Of a stretch of DNA of 28,116 nt, positions 9,204 through 17,573 are shown in pieces. Source of the stretch: Candidatus Iainarchaeum sp. (lineage in GTDB: Archaea; Iainarchaeota; Iainarchaeia; Iainarchaeales; 0-14-0-20-34-12); assembly GCA_030649345.1 (NCBI GenBank), contig JAUSKK010000027.1, positions 1 through 28,116 of the forward strand, given 5' to 3'. The notes under the pieces were generated by a model, which was not told where the DNA came from, did not search any database, and worked only from the letters and a program-made list of their open reading frames with translations. Position 1 is the first letter of the stretch; the number at the start of each line of letters is the position of its first letter. The translations under genes and the position numbers were made by a program.

Positions 9204-10433
9204 TTACTTGTACCTTAGGAAAGCAGCCAAGCCGCCGAATCCTGCCATAAATTGTTTGCCTTCATCTGTTTCTGTGCTAATAACTTCAGTTTCTGCTCCA
9301 ATACTTTCTGCTTTTTCTCGCAAATAATCAATGTATTCTGCTTCTTCCATGGATTCCATTACATGCTGGCAGTTGGTGCATTTAATTTCACTGCGAACTT
9401 GGTTTTCGTTTAAAACTTTTTCAGTTTCACAATTGGGGCATTTAAATCTATGAATGGTTTTGTCAATTCCTTCACTTAATAAAAGCAATCGAATTTTTCC
9501 AATTTCTAAGGCTTCCAAGACTTCGTTTTCTCCATAGGTGACTAAACCGTTTTTGGCTATTTCAGTTAAAAAGTCTTGGATTAATTTTTTTTCATGAACA
9601 ATAGAGCTATCTTTTAGTAGTTCTCCGGACATGTCGACTACTTCTTTGATTCCGTATTCGTCTGTATAACTGGTGTCTAATTTTCCAATAATTTTGTCTT
9701 TAATTCTGTAATCTAGATTTCCTTCGTCTAAAAATTCTTCTTTGGTAATTCCTGGGCCTGCAATAATCATTCCTTTAAGTTCATTTAAAATCGGAATAAA
9801 TACTCCGCCCATTTTTTCGGCTACTTCTCTGTAAAATTGCTGAGCTGCTTCTTCTCTAAGTCTCTGAAAACGAACAGCACTCTGGCCCCCAGCACGTTCC
9901 TTTCCATGAACTCGACTAGTGAAGTGTCCTACAATATCATATCGTTTTCCGCGTAAGACTGCAACTGTAGCTTCTCGTTTGTCCATGGTTAGAATTCCGT
10001 AAATTTCAGATGTTTTAATCATTTTTTGCAATGGGTCTAAATGGAATTCGGAATCACACCAGTATAATTTGGTGTCCAAGCGTTCAATTGTTTTTAATGC
10101 AAACAACCGGATGTCCGGCCTTCCGCTTCGAGTGCTTACATTTCCGCAAAAAATAACTATTCCTAATTCAGGGATTTTAAAGTCAATGGATTTTAAAAAA
10201 TTAATAATTTTTCGCAAAGCTCCTTGTACATTTTTTCGTGTGGTTGGATCTTTGATATTGGAACTTTGGCTCATTTCTTCGGTTAATTGTCCTGTAACTG
10301 AACTGCGGTCTGCAGTAGGTGGAACATACAAGGAAATAAGTTCTGTTCCAGATCCTTTGAATTCTGCCATTTTTTGCAGTTTTTTCTTAAAAATGCTTTT
10401 TTCGGCTTCACTGGCTGTATGAAATTGAGTCAT
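9204..10433 (-). CDS. prf1: peptide chain release factor aRF1
   Basis: GGQ motif (RAGGQSAVRFQRLREE), YxCxxxF motif (YWCDSEF), a NIKS-position motif reading NIKD, and a Cys4 mini-domain (CPNC...CTNC). 409 aa. Confidence 0.93.
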   Translation of the reverse strand: MTQFHTASEAEKSIFKKKLQKMAEFKGSGTELISLYVPPTADRSSVTGQLTEEMSQSSNIKDPTTRKNVQGALRKIINFLKSIDFKIPELGIVIFCGNVSTRSGRPDIRLFALKTIERLDTKLYWCDSEFHLDPLQKMIKTSEIYGILTMDKREATVAVLRGKRYDIVGHFTSRVHGKERAGGQSAVRFQRLREEAAQQFYREVAEKMGGVFIPILNELKGMIIAGPGITKEEFLDEGNLDYRIKDKIIGKLDTSYTDEYGIKEVVDMSGELLKDSSIVHEKKLIQDFLTEIAKNGLVTYGENEVLEALEIGKIRLLLLSEGIDKTIHRFKCPNCETEKVLNENQVRSEIKCTNCQHVMESMEEAEYIDYLREKAESIGAETEVISTETDEGKQFMAGFGGLAAFLRYK

Positions 10434-10471
10434 TTTTTTACCTGTATATTTTTATTTAACAAAATTCTTTG

Positions 10472-10607
10472 CAAGGTGTTGAATGTTATTTAATTCAATA
10501 CTAATGAATGCATCTTTTTTATTTGTTCAACACCTTGTCAAGGTGTTGAATATTTTTAATGCAATATAAATGAATCAAACATATGTTTTTATTTGTTCAA
10601 CACCTTG
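10472..10607. promoter_or_regulatory. divergent prf1/pyrH control region with four copies of the 12-mer TTCAACACCTTG
   Basis: Copies: CAAGGTGTTGAA 10472-10483; TTCAACACCTTG 10526-10537; CAAGGTGTTGAA 10539-10550 (forming a perfect 12+1+12 palindrome with the previous copy); TTCAACACCTTG 10596-10607. The 22-mer TTTTTATTTGTTCAACACCTTG is repeated exactly at 10516 and 10586. Confidence 0.55.
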
Positions 10608-10616
10608 ATAATCTAC

Positions 10617-11417
10617 ATGGATCAAGGTATTTTTGAAATGTTTGCTCAAGAAAACAATCCTTCGACTCCGGTAACTCCAGCTTATTCTTCTGCATATTCG
10701 ATTCCAGTGGTTGAAAAAATTGTAGTCATTTCCATTGGTGGCTCGATTATTTTAGATGAAAAACCGAAGACGAATTTTATTGCCAAACTGGCTCAGACTA
10801 TTACTGAATTAAACCAAGAAGGCTTTAAAACGTGTTTGGTGGTAGGCGGAGGTTCAACTGCTAGATCGTATATTGCTTCAGCTAAATCATTGGGTGCAAA
10901 TAATTTTGTATTGGATGAGTTAGGCATTTCTGCCAGTCGATTGAATGCCCAGCTTTTAATTAGTAGTTTAGAGAATGCTTTTCCAAAAGTGCTTACAGAG
11001 ATTTCGCAAATTAAACTGGTTTTAGAGAAAGGAAAAATTCCAGTTTTGGCTGGATTATTGCCTGGTTTGACTACAGATTGTATTGCTGCTTTGTGTGCTG
11101 AATTTTTACAGGCAGATTTTATTAATATGACCAATGTAGACGGAGTGTATTCTGCGAATCCAAAAGAAGATGCAAGAGCACGAAAATTTCCAGAATTGAG
11201 TTATGAAAAATTATTGAGTTTGATGCGAATTGCGGATATTAAGCCTGGGCAAAATTTGGTTTTGGATATTCCGGCTTGTTTGATTTTAAAAAGATCTAAA
11301 ATTAAAACAATGGTTTTAGATGGAACTGATTTAGAAAACTTCAAGAATGCAGTTCGCGGTTTAGACTTTGAAGGAACGATTATTCGAGAGACTGAAAAAT
11401 CCGAAGAAGAAATTTAA
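10617..11417 (+). CDS. pyrH: uridylate (UMP) kinase, archaeal type
   Basis: Amino-acid-kinase fold motifs ISIGGSIILDE, VVGGGSTAR and TTDCIAALCAE..MTNVDGVYSANP. ATG at 10617 is preferred over the TTG at 10593; the N-terminal approx 35 aa are non-conserved, so the start is uncertain. Confidence 0.85.
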   Translation: MDQGIFEMFAQENNPSTPVTPAYSSAYSIPVVEKIVVISIGGSIILDEKPKTNFIAKLAQTITELNQEGFKTCLVVGGGSTARSYIASAKSLGANNFVLDELGISASRLNAQLLISSLENAFPKVLTEISQIKLVLEKGKIPVLAGLLPGLTTDCIAALCAEFLQADFINMTNVDGVYSANPKEDARARKFPELSYEKLLSLMRIADIKPGQNLVLDIPACLILKRSKIKTMVLDGTDLENFKNAVRGLDFEGTIIRETEKSEEEI

Positions 11418-11422
11418 TTGTT

Positions 11423-11476
11423 TTAGATTAGTTCTTCGAAAATGTAATTTTCCATGCTTCTTTTTCCTAAAGCCAT
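11423..11476 (-). repeat. orphan duplicate of the last 17 codons plus stop of dph2
   Basis: The reverse complement reads ATG GCT TTA GGA AAA AGA AGC ATG GAA AAT TAC ATT TTC GAA GAA CTA ATC TAA. This gives MALGKRSMENYIFEELI*, identical in protein to the true dph2 C-terminus at 11541-11594, with only synonymous nucleotide differences. Confidence 0.8.
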
Positions 11477-11540
11477 CCGAACCGCGGGGCAAAACCAAGG
11501 TTTTTCCCCTCAGTTCTAGGGAGTTCCTGATCCCCTTTTC

Positions 11541-12548
11541 CTAAATTAATTCTTCGAATATGTAATTTTCCATGGATCTTTTTCCTAAAGCCATTTCTAG
11601 TTCGATTCCGTTGATTAATGGTTTTTTCCATTTTTTGGCATCCTCTATTGAAATGCGGGGGCAAGCTGTACAAACAAAACAATCAATATCCAATCCAATA
11701 AAAAATTCAGGCAAAATTAAATCAGCTGCAAAGACATAAGCTTGTTTTCCGGTTTGTTCAATGGTTTTTTTTAACTGCAAAGCCAATTCTATTCTATATT
11801 GGCCTTCTTTTAAGCTGACCAATATTCCAAATTTTTGTGCTCTTTGAGCTAAAGCAATTAATCCATATCTTTGTCTAAGGTATCGTTCTTTGTCTCCTTT
11901 TAATTCTTCGATGGTTTCATTTAATGGATTGAGTGCAAAAATCTTTTTATCTAAAGTAAATTGAATCGGCAAAGAATGAAAATTTCCATCGCCTACATAC
12001 ACAATGCAATCTACTTGGTTTTCAATACTTTTTACACTTAAAGCATCACAGCCCAATAATTGGGCTTCTCCGGTTAATTTTCCTTTTCCGGTTTTTATTT
12101 CCAATCCTTGTTGAGTTAAATATTTTTTTAAAAATTCAATGGTTGGCTTGAATTGAATAACTCCAGATATTCCAATGGTTTTGATTTTTTCTTTTTGCAA
12201 TTTTTTAACCAATTCATTTCCAAGTTTTTCTTCTACTCTGGAATCAATTTCATATAATAAAGGAATGTAGATTGTTTTTCCAAAATCTTTTTTCACAAAC
12301 TGCGTGTGCCCAAAATGCAAAATGATGTCTGCTTTGAGCTGGTTGCGTTCGTATTCTGCTAAATCACAGGCTCCGAACACAGGATCGCATAAAACAATGC
12401 ATTGTGCGCCTGTTTGGGTTTGAATTTCGTTTACAATTTCAAAACTTTTAACTTTTAATCCTTCCGGTAATTGAATGACTACGCGTTTAGCTTTTTGTTT
12501 TTGAATTTCTTGAATTCCTTCGCTTAAGTCTAGAATAAGTTCGGACAT
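11541..12548 (-). CDS. dph2: diphthamide biosynthesis enzyme Dph2 (2-(3-amino-3-carboxypropyl)histidine synthase)
   Basis: About 335 aa with typical archaeal Dph2 length and layout (three-domain alpha/beta protein with conserved Cys). ATG at 12548 (MSELILDL) is preferred over the TTG at 12566. The TATA-like CCTTTTAAAAAAGG lies just upstream. Confidence 0.85.
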   Translation of the reverse strand: MSELILDLSEGIQEIQKQKAKRVVIQLPEGLKVKSFEIVNEIQTQTGAQCIVLCDPVFGACDLAEYERNQLKADIILHFGHTQFVKKDFGKTIYIPLLYEIDSRVEEKLGNELVKKLQKEKIKTIGISGVIQFKPTIEFLKKYLTQQGLEIKTGKGKLTGEAQLLGCDALSVKSIENQVDCIVYVGDGNFHSLPIQFTLDKKIFALNPLNETIEELKGDKERYLRQRYGLIALAQRAQKFGILVSLKEGQYRIELALQLKKTIEQTGKQAYVFAADLILPEFFIGLDIDCFVCTACPRISIEDAKKWKKPLINGIELEMALGKRSMENYIFEELI

Positions 12549-12733
12549 TAAATATGTCTGTTCCAAAACCTTTTAAAAAAGGTTCCAAGCAAAACAAAGC
12601 TTTGCTTGGCACATAAAATCAAGGATTTTACGTTGTATCAAAAAGCCATAGGCAAAACCTTTTAAATACTGTTTTAGGTTATTTTTTGTTGGAACTTAAA
12701 TGCGTTCAAAATTTCTTTAAAATTTTGAAATTT

Positions 12734-15124
12734 TTAAAAAACCTGTTGGTTTTTTAAATGCGCTAATAGAATGCGTTTTTCTTCTGCCATGACTGTGTTT
12801 TTGATTTTTTGCACTGCATCAATATTGGCACTAATGCTGTTGATTCCAAATTGAATTAATTTTTTAACCATTTCTGGATTGCTGCCGGCTTGTCCGCAGA
12901 TACTGGTTTCAATTCCATAATTTTTGCATTTTTCAATAACCATTTTAATCTGGCCTAAAACAGCTGGATGTAATTCAGTGAATTGTTTTTGAATACGTTC
13001 ATTGTTTCGGTCAATTCCTAAAGTTAATTGTGTTAAATCATTGGTTCCAAATGAAACAAAATTAATTCCTTCTTGGGCAAAGTCTTCAATAATCCAGCAA
13101 GCTGCTGGTGTTTCTACCATGACTCCAAATTTTACTTTTTGAGATCCTAGTTCTAAGCCTACTTGTTTGGCAATTACTTTAGCTGCTTGTATTTCGTTAA
13201 CATGAATTACGAATGGCAGCATGACTCCAATATTGGTGTAGCCTTCTTCAGCTAATTCTTTAATGGCTTGAAATTGTGCTTTTAATAAATCCGGTTGATC
13301 CAAGTCTCTTCGGATTCCATGCCAGCCCATCATGGGATTGAATTCTTTGGGTTCTTTATTGCCTCCTTTTAGCATATGGAATTCATCTGTTCTGGCATCA
13401 AAGGTTCGATACCATACAGGATATCCTTTGAATGCATTGGCCACTCCCAAGATTCCTTTTTTGACTACTTGAACCAATTCATTGTATTTTCCTTCTCGTA
13501 AATATTGTGCTGGGTGTTTATTGGTTATGGCAATCATGTGTTCTGCGCGCAGTAATCCTACTCCTTGAGCTCCGCTGTCAGCTGCGCGTTGGGCTCCATC
13601 CGGTAAAGCTACATTGACTTTAACTTTTGCAGAAATTTTTTCCAATATTTCTAATATTTTTGCTTCATTTTCTTCTAATTCTTTTTCGCTGAGGTCTTGT
13701 TTTTCAATTGCGTTTAAATTTAATGCACGCATTAAGTCTGGAATTTCTGTTCGTGCAATAATTTTTTCTGTTTGCGTTTCTGGTAAAACCAGTTCTACTT
13801 TTCCGTCGTATACTTCTCCATTGTATCCATTGACTGTTACTATTTGTCCATTTTTTAAAACACGGGTGGCATTACCGGATCCAACAGAACACGGAATTCC
13901 TAATTCTCGGCTGACAATAGCTGCATGGGCTGTAATTCCTCCTTCATCTGTAATAATGGCTGAAGATTTTTTCATTAAAGGAACCCAAGCTGGTTCGGTC
14001 ATTTTGGTGACCAAGACTTCGCCTTGTTTTATTTTTTGGGCATCTTTCATTGTTTTAGCAATGCGGACTGCTCCAAATCCAATGCCTGGACTGGCCGCCA
14101 ATCCTTGCAATATTTTTTTAGCATCTTTTGTTTTCAGTACTTTTTCTCGTTCGCTTTTAATATTGGCTTTCAATGAAAGTGTAGTAATGGCTCGGCTTTG
14201 AACAATAAATAATTCGTTGTCTTCAATAGCCCATTCAATATCTTGCGGTACTTTGTAATAGGCTTCAATTCGTTTTCCAATGGCTGCAATTTCTAATGTT
14301 TGTTGGTCAGTGATTTTTTGTTTTTGCCAGTCTTTTTTAGACACCGAAGTTTTTTTGGTTTTGCCTTTAAATTTTACAATTTGCCACTCTTGTTTGCTAA
14401 TGTGTTTTTTAATAATTTGGAGTTGTTCTTTCTCAATCAAGAATGTGTCTGGCGTAATGCTTCCAGAGACAATGCTTTCTCCTAAACCATAGCCTGCTTC
14501 TACAATTAAATTATTGGATTGCCCTGTTGGATCTTGAGTAAACATGACTCCGCTGATCGCACTGTTTACCATTTTTTGTACAACAACTGCAATTCCAACT
14601 TGACTGGTTTCAAATCCTTGTTTTTTTCGATAATAGGTTGCTCTGGCTGTAAATAAGGAAGCCCAGCAGTCTCGGACTCTTTGAATTAATTCTTTTTCGC
14701 CGTGAACATTCAAGTAAGTTTCTTGTTGTCCTGCGAATGAAGCTTCGGCTAAGTCTTCAGCTGTTCCACTGGATCGTACAGCTAAATAAATGTCTTTGTA
14801 TTTTTTGAATTTTTTAAAATTTTGAATAATTTCTTTTTCCAATTCTTTACTCATTTTTGTATTTTTAACCAAAGCCCTGATTTTGGCAGAAACTGTTTCC
14901 AATTCTTCATTATTATCGACATCAATGGAGTTTGCCAATTGCAGTATTTTTTCTTTAATTCCTGTTTCTTGAATGTATTTGAAATAAGCTTGAGCTGTAA
15001 CCACAAAGCCTGGAGGAACTGGAAATTTGGCCTGGGTCATGATTCCTAAGTTTAATCCTTTTCCACCAACTATTTCTAAATCACTTTTTTGAATTTGATT
15101 AAACCAAAGAATGTTTTCAGTCAC
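12734..15124 (-). CDS. ppsA: phosphoenolpyruvate synthase (pyruvate, water dikinase)
   Basis: N-terminal ATP-grasp region (GGKGLNLGIM), phosphohistidine swivel motif GGITAHAAIVSRELGIPCSVG, and C-terminal PEP-utilising TIM barrel (FVSFGTNDLTQLTLGIDR). 796 aa. Confidence 0.93.
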   Translation of the reverse strand: MTENILWFNQIQKSDLEIVGGKGLNLGIMTQAKFPVPPGFVVTAQAYFKYIQETGIKEKILQLANSIDVDNNEELETVSAKIRALVKNTKMSKELEKEIIQNFKKFKKYKDIYLAVRSSGTAEDLAEASFAGQQETYLNVHGEKELIQRVRDCWASLFTARATYYRKKQGFETSQVGIAVVVQKMVNSAISGVMFTQDPTGQSNNLIVEAGYGLGESIVSGSITPDTFLIEKEQLQIIKKHISKQEWQIVKFKGKTKKTSVSKKDWQKQKITDQQTLEIAAIGKRIEAYYKVPQDIEWAIEDNELFIVQSRAITTLSLKANIKSEREKVLKTKDAKKILQGLAASPGIGFGAVRIAKTMKDAQKIKQGEVLVTKMTEPAWVPLMKKSSAIITDEGGITAHAAIVSRELGIPCSVGSGNATRVLKNGQIVTVNGYNGEVYDGKVELVLPETQTEKIIARTEIPDLMRALNLNAIEKQDLSEKELEENEAKILEILEKISAKVKVNVALPDGAQRAADSGAQGVGLLRAEHMIAITNKHPAQYLREGKYNELVQVVKKGILGVANAFKGYPVWYRTFDARTDEFHMLKGGNKEPKEFNPMMGWHGIRRDLDQPDLLKAQFQAIKELAEEGYTNIGVMLPFVIHVNEIQAAKVIAKQVGLELGSQKVKFGVMVETPAACWIIEDFAQEGINFVSFGTNDLTQLTLGIDRNNERIQKQFTELHPAVLGQIKMVIEKCKNYGIETSICGQAGSNPEMVKKLIQFGINSISANIDAVQKIKNTVMAEEKRILLAHLKNQQVF

Positions 15125-15253
15125 ATTATTTTTTAGGAAATTGAAGTTTAAATAATTGCTGTTTGCACAAAAAGTATGACTGAATATGCACGCAAAATTG
15201 TACTAAATTTAAGAATTTGAGTATAAAAAATAGAAAAAAATTGCAGACTAAAT

Positions 15254-15997
15254 TTATTTTTTCTTGCCTGCGTCTTTTTTGGCTGGAGCTGCTTCTTTTC
15301 CTGTGGGTGCTTTTCCGCCAGCAGGTGCAGTTGTTTTTCCAGAAGCTTCTTTTCCATCGGCTGTGGCAGGTGCTGCAGTTTCCCCTTCTTTGGTAACTGT
15401 TTCGGCTCCAGCTTTAACTGTGGTTTCAATGGCAACATCAGTGATTTCTTTAGGTCGTGTTCCAATGCTTTTAGTATCTGTTCCAACTTTAACATGTACA
15501 CCGCAGGACATTTTTTTGTTAGCCCGCATTAATGCTTTGCTGGTTAAAGCAATATCTTTTTCATCCACTAAAATGCTCATAATGGTATCGTTTTTTAGAA
15601 CTCGAACAGCTCGTCCAACTGGTCTTCCGAATGGATGACTCATTCCGTCACTGACACGATCTGCTCCAGCTCCTTGAGCCATTTTGTTTTCTCGCAAAAT
15701 GTGATGAGGGTATTGTCGGATTCGCATAAAATAATTATCTTTTCCTAGAACTCGGTTTAAGTATCGGTTAATGGAAATTCGTGAAGATTCAATTGCATTG
15801 TCTCGGACTTGAGTTGCGCGTACTGCTTTAGCGTCTAAAATGTGGCTAAATTCTTTGACTGGATTTCCCATATTGAATTGTCTAATTTTTACTTGAGGAA
15901 TGGTTCCAATATAATTTTTTTTATGAACAGTTACAGCCACTCGTGTATAGGGTCGTTCGTCTAAACTACGGTAACATCGTGCAGGTCGTATTCCCAT
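15254..15997 (-). CDS. rpl10e: 50S ribosomal protein L10e (uL16) with a low-complexity C-terminal extension
   Basis: MGIRPARCYR... N-terminus and the conserved L10e core. The last approx 70 aa are A/G/K/T/E-rich (..APATADGKEASGKTTAPAGGKAPTGKEAAPAKKDAGKKK). Confidence 0.92.
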   Translation of the reverse strand: MGIRPARCYRSLDERPYTRVAVTVHKKNYIGTIPQVKIRQFNMGNPVKEFSHILDAKAVRATQVRDNAIESSRISINRYLNRVLGKDNYFMRIRQYPHHILRENKMAQGAGADRVSDGMSHPFGRPVGRAVRVLKNDTIMSILVDEKDIALTSKALMRANKKMSCGVHVKVGTDTKSIGTRPKEITDVAIETTVKAGAETVTKEGETAAPATADGKEASGKTTAPAGGKAPTGKEAAPAKKDAGKKK

Positions 15998-16134
15998 TTA
16001 AAAAACCCCGCAGTTTTTTAAAGACTTAAAATTTACGGTAAATTTTAATCCCATAACAGATCACATTTTTCATTAAAAAGAGCTTAAATTGCGCTTATAT
16101 TATTAAGTAAAACCAAAGTATTTTAAAACAAACT

Positions 16135-16671
16135 TTAGGCTACTTTTATTTGGCATTCTGGGCATAAGCCTAAAATTCGTTCAGAGGCTTTAAATAAACT
16201 GAATAAAATAATCAATGTGCCCAAGATCACGAATTCCCATCTATGATCTATCAAAAAAAACACTCCGTTGGCTCCCAAGATGCCAAAAAAGGCAGCTACA
16301 CAGCTAGCGCAAGTGGCACTAGCGAAAATAGCGCTGGCAATTGCTGAAAGGCCTGCTAAAGCTGTTCCTGTGCTATTTTTGACTGAAATTTCTTTATTTA
16401 AATTATAAATATGTGCTTGCATGCTGACCAATAAGCCTGTGCCTAAAACTAAAAACACTGTGTATGCTGACTGTAAACTGGTAAGTTGTCCAATATACGC
16501 TTCTAAATTTTTGCCTGGAACTGAATTGATTTCCACAAAAATAATTAAAGTTAATAAAATTAAAGAAGAAAGAATGCTGATGGCTAAATATTTGGGTTGC
16601 TTTAAAATAGATTTAATTCCTTTAAAGATTGTAGAAAAAAAATAACTTGGCTTTAAAATTTTAATTTTCAT
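16135..16671 (-). CDS. four-TM membrane protein with an intramembrane CxxC and a C-terminal CxxC
   Basis: 178 aa with predicted TM helices. CASC lies within the hydrophobic segment ASATCASCVAAFFGILG, and CPEC lies near the C-terminus. It is last in a minus-strand operon with the DsbA-like gene. Confidence 0.65.
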   Translation of the reverse strand: MKIKILKPSYFFSTIFKGIKSILKQPKYLAISILSSLILLTLIIFVEINSVPGKNLEAYIGQLTSLQSAYTVFLVLGTGLLVSMQAHIYNLNKEISVKNSTGTALAGLSAIASAIFASATCASCVAAFFGILGANGVFFLIDHRWEFVILGTLIILFSLFKASERILGLCPECQIKVA

Positions 16672-16719
16672 AAAAAAAAATAAAAAAAGAAAGGCAGAAT
16701 TGAATCTGCCTTATTGAAA

Positions 16720-17568
16720 TTAACTTAAATTACTCCAATTGTCTTGTGTTTGAAATAATTTGTCATGCATTTCCAAAGCTTTTCCTTGTTCTTTAGCACA
16801 TTCATAAGCTAAAGCTGCAGGCATTGCATTCGGATGGAAACTCAAAGGATAATGTCTGTACTGAAATTTGATTTTTCCAGTTTGAACATATTCTTGTTTG
16901 AGCTGCACTAAACTTGCATCGTACAATCGTTTACAGAAAGGACACTGAAAGTCAGAATATTCTACCACTGTTACAGGTGCAGTTTCTTGCCCCATTAAAG
17001 TAAAGCTTCCGACATAGGTATCCATATTGGGAACTACGGCATCAGCATCTGCATCTTGGGCTGTTCCATCGGCTACTTTATCTAAAAGAGCTTTAATGGT
17101 TGCATAAGGTACAGCTCCTACGACAATGTATCCTTTTTGTCCTGGTTTTCCAATAACCAAAGTAGGTGTTCCGCCTTGGCCTTGTGCTTTTAATCCGGAT
17201 TCAGTAAATAATTGTTCTCCAGATTGATAATCTGCGTCAATAAATGTTTTATACTTTTGAGTTGAAACACACGAATTAAAACTAACTGCATTGGTGGCTC
17301 CAGTTTGTTGTGCTGTGCTGGCTAAATATTGTGCTGCAGTCTGAGAAGGTGCTGCGGCTGTTCCAGCAGTGCCTAAATTTCCAACAGTGCCTGCTGTTCC
17401 AGTGGTTCCTGTTCCGGCTGTGGCTAAATTTAATCCGGAAAGTTTTTCGCCTAAAGCATTTCCTGTAGTCATAATACTGACACTTAAAATAATACTGGCT
17501 AACAATACACTGATGGCCAACAAAGTTGTGCTGGATAATGTAAAGCTTAATGTTTTTTCTTCACTCAT
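16720..17568 (-). CDS. membrane-anchored DsbA/thioredoxin_4-like thiol:disulfide oxidoreductase with apparently permuted domain order
   Basis: N-terminal TM anchor and a G/T/A-rich linker. Next comes a segment resembling the C-terminal half of DsbA (FNSCVSTQKY...GGTPTLVIG...). After it comes the N-terminal half, VVEYSDFQCPFCKR...HPNAMPAALAYECAKEQG..LFQTQDNW, ending at the stop. RBS GGAGG..GGTGA lies upstream. Confidence 0.8.
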   Translation of the reverse strand: MSEEKTLSFTLSSTTLLAISVLLASIILSVSIMTTGNALGEKLSGLNLATAGTGTTGTAGTVGNLGTAGTAAAPSQTAAQYLASTAQQTGATNAVSFNSCVSTQKYKTFIDADYQSGEQLFTESGLKAQGQGGTPTLVIGKPGQKGYIVVGAVPYATIKALLDKVADGTAQDADADAVVPNMDTYVGSFTLMGQETAPVTVVEYSDFQCPFCKRLYDASLVQLKQEYVQTGKIKFQYRHYPLSFHPNAMPAALAYECAKEQGKALEMHDKLFQTQDNWSNLS

Positions 17569-17573
17569 TCAAT

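Noticed and set aside
10069-10422. 117-aa ORF antisense to prf1
   Set aside because: It is a shadow ORF inside aRF1, with no independent signals.
10793-11134. 113-aa ORF antisense to pyrH
   Set aside because: It is a shadow ORF inside UMP kinase.
11467-11682. 71-aa ORF spanning the dph2 3' end and the 64-bp insert
   Set aside because: It is in a different frame from dph2 over the overlap and has a basic, low-complexity product. The region is better explained by the duplicated dph2 terminus plus a noncoding insert.
12566-12670. Palindrome AACCTTTTAAAAAAGGTT and hairpin CCAAGCAAA/TTTGCTTGG between dph2 and ppsA as a possible small RNA
   Set aside because: The AT-palindrome is adequately explained as the dph2 TATA/BRE region. 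The hairpin may be a ppsA 3' UTR or terminator element. There is nothing GC-rich or repeated to support an RNA gene.
13614-15049. Several plus-strand ORFs (195, 70, 61 and 75 aa) within ppsA
   Set aside because: All are antisense shadows within the 796-aa PEP synthase gene.
15148-15638. 117-aa minus-strand and 124-aa plus-strand ORFs overlapping the rpl10e tail
   Set aside because: They are alternative-frame or antisense readings of the repetitive GC-rich tail-coding region of L10e. Their low-complexity products have no start signals.
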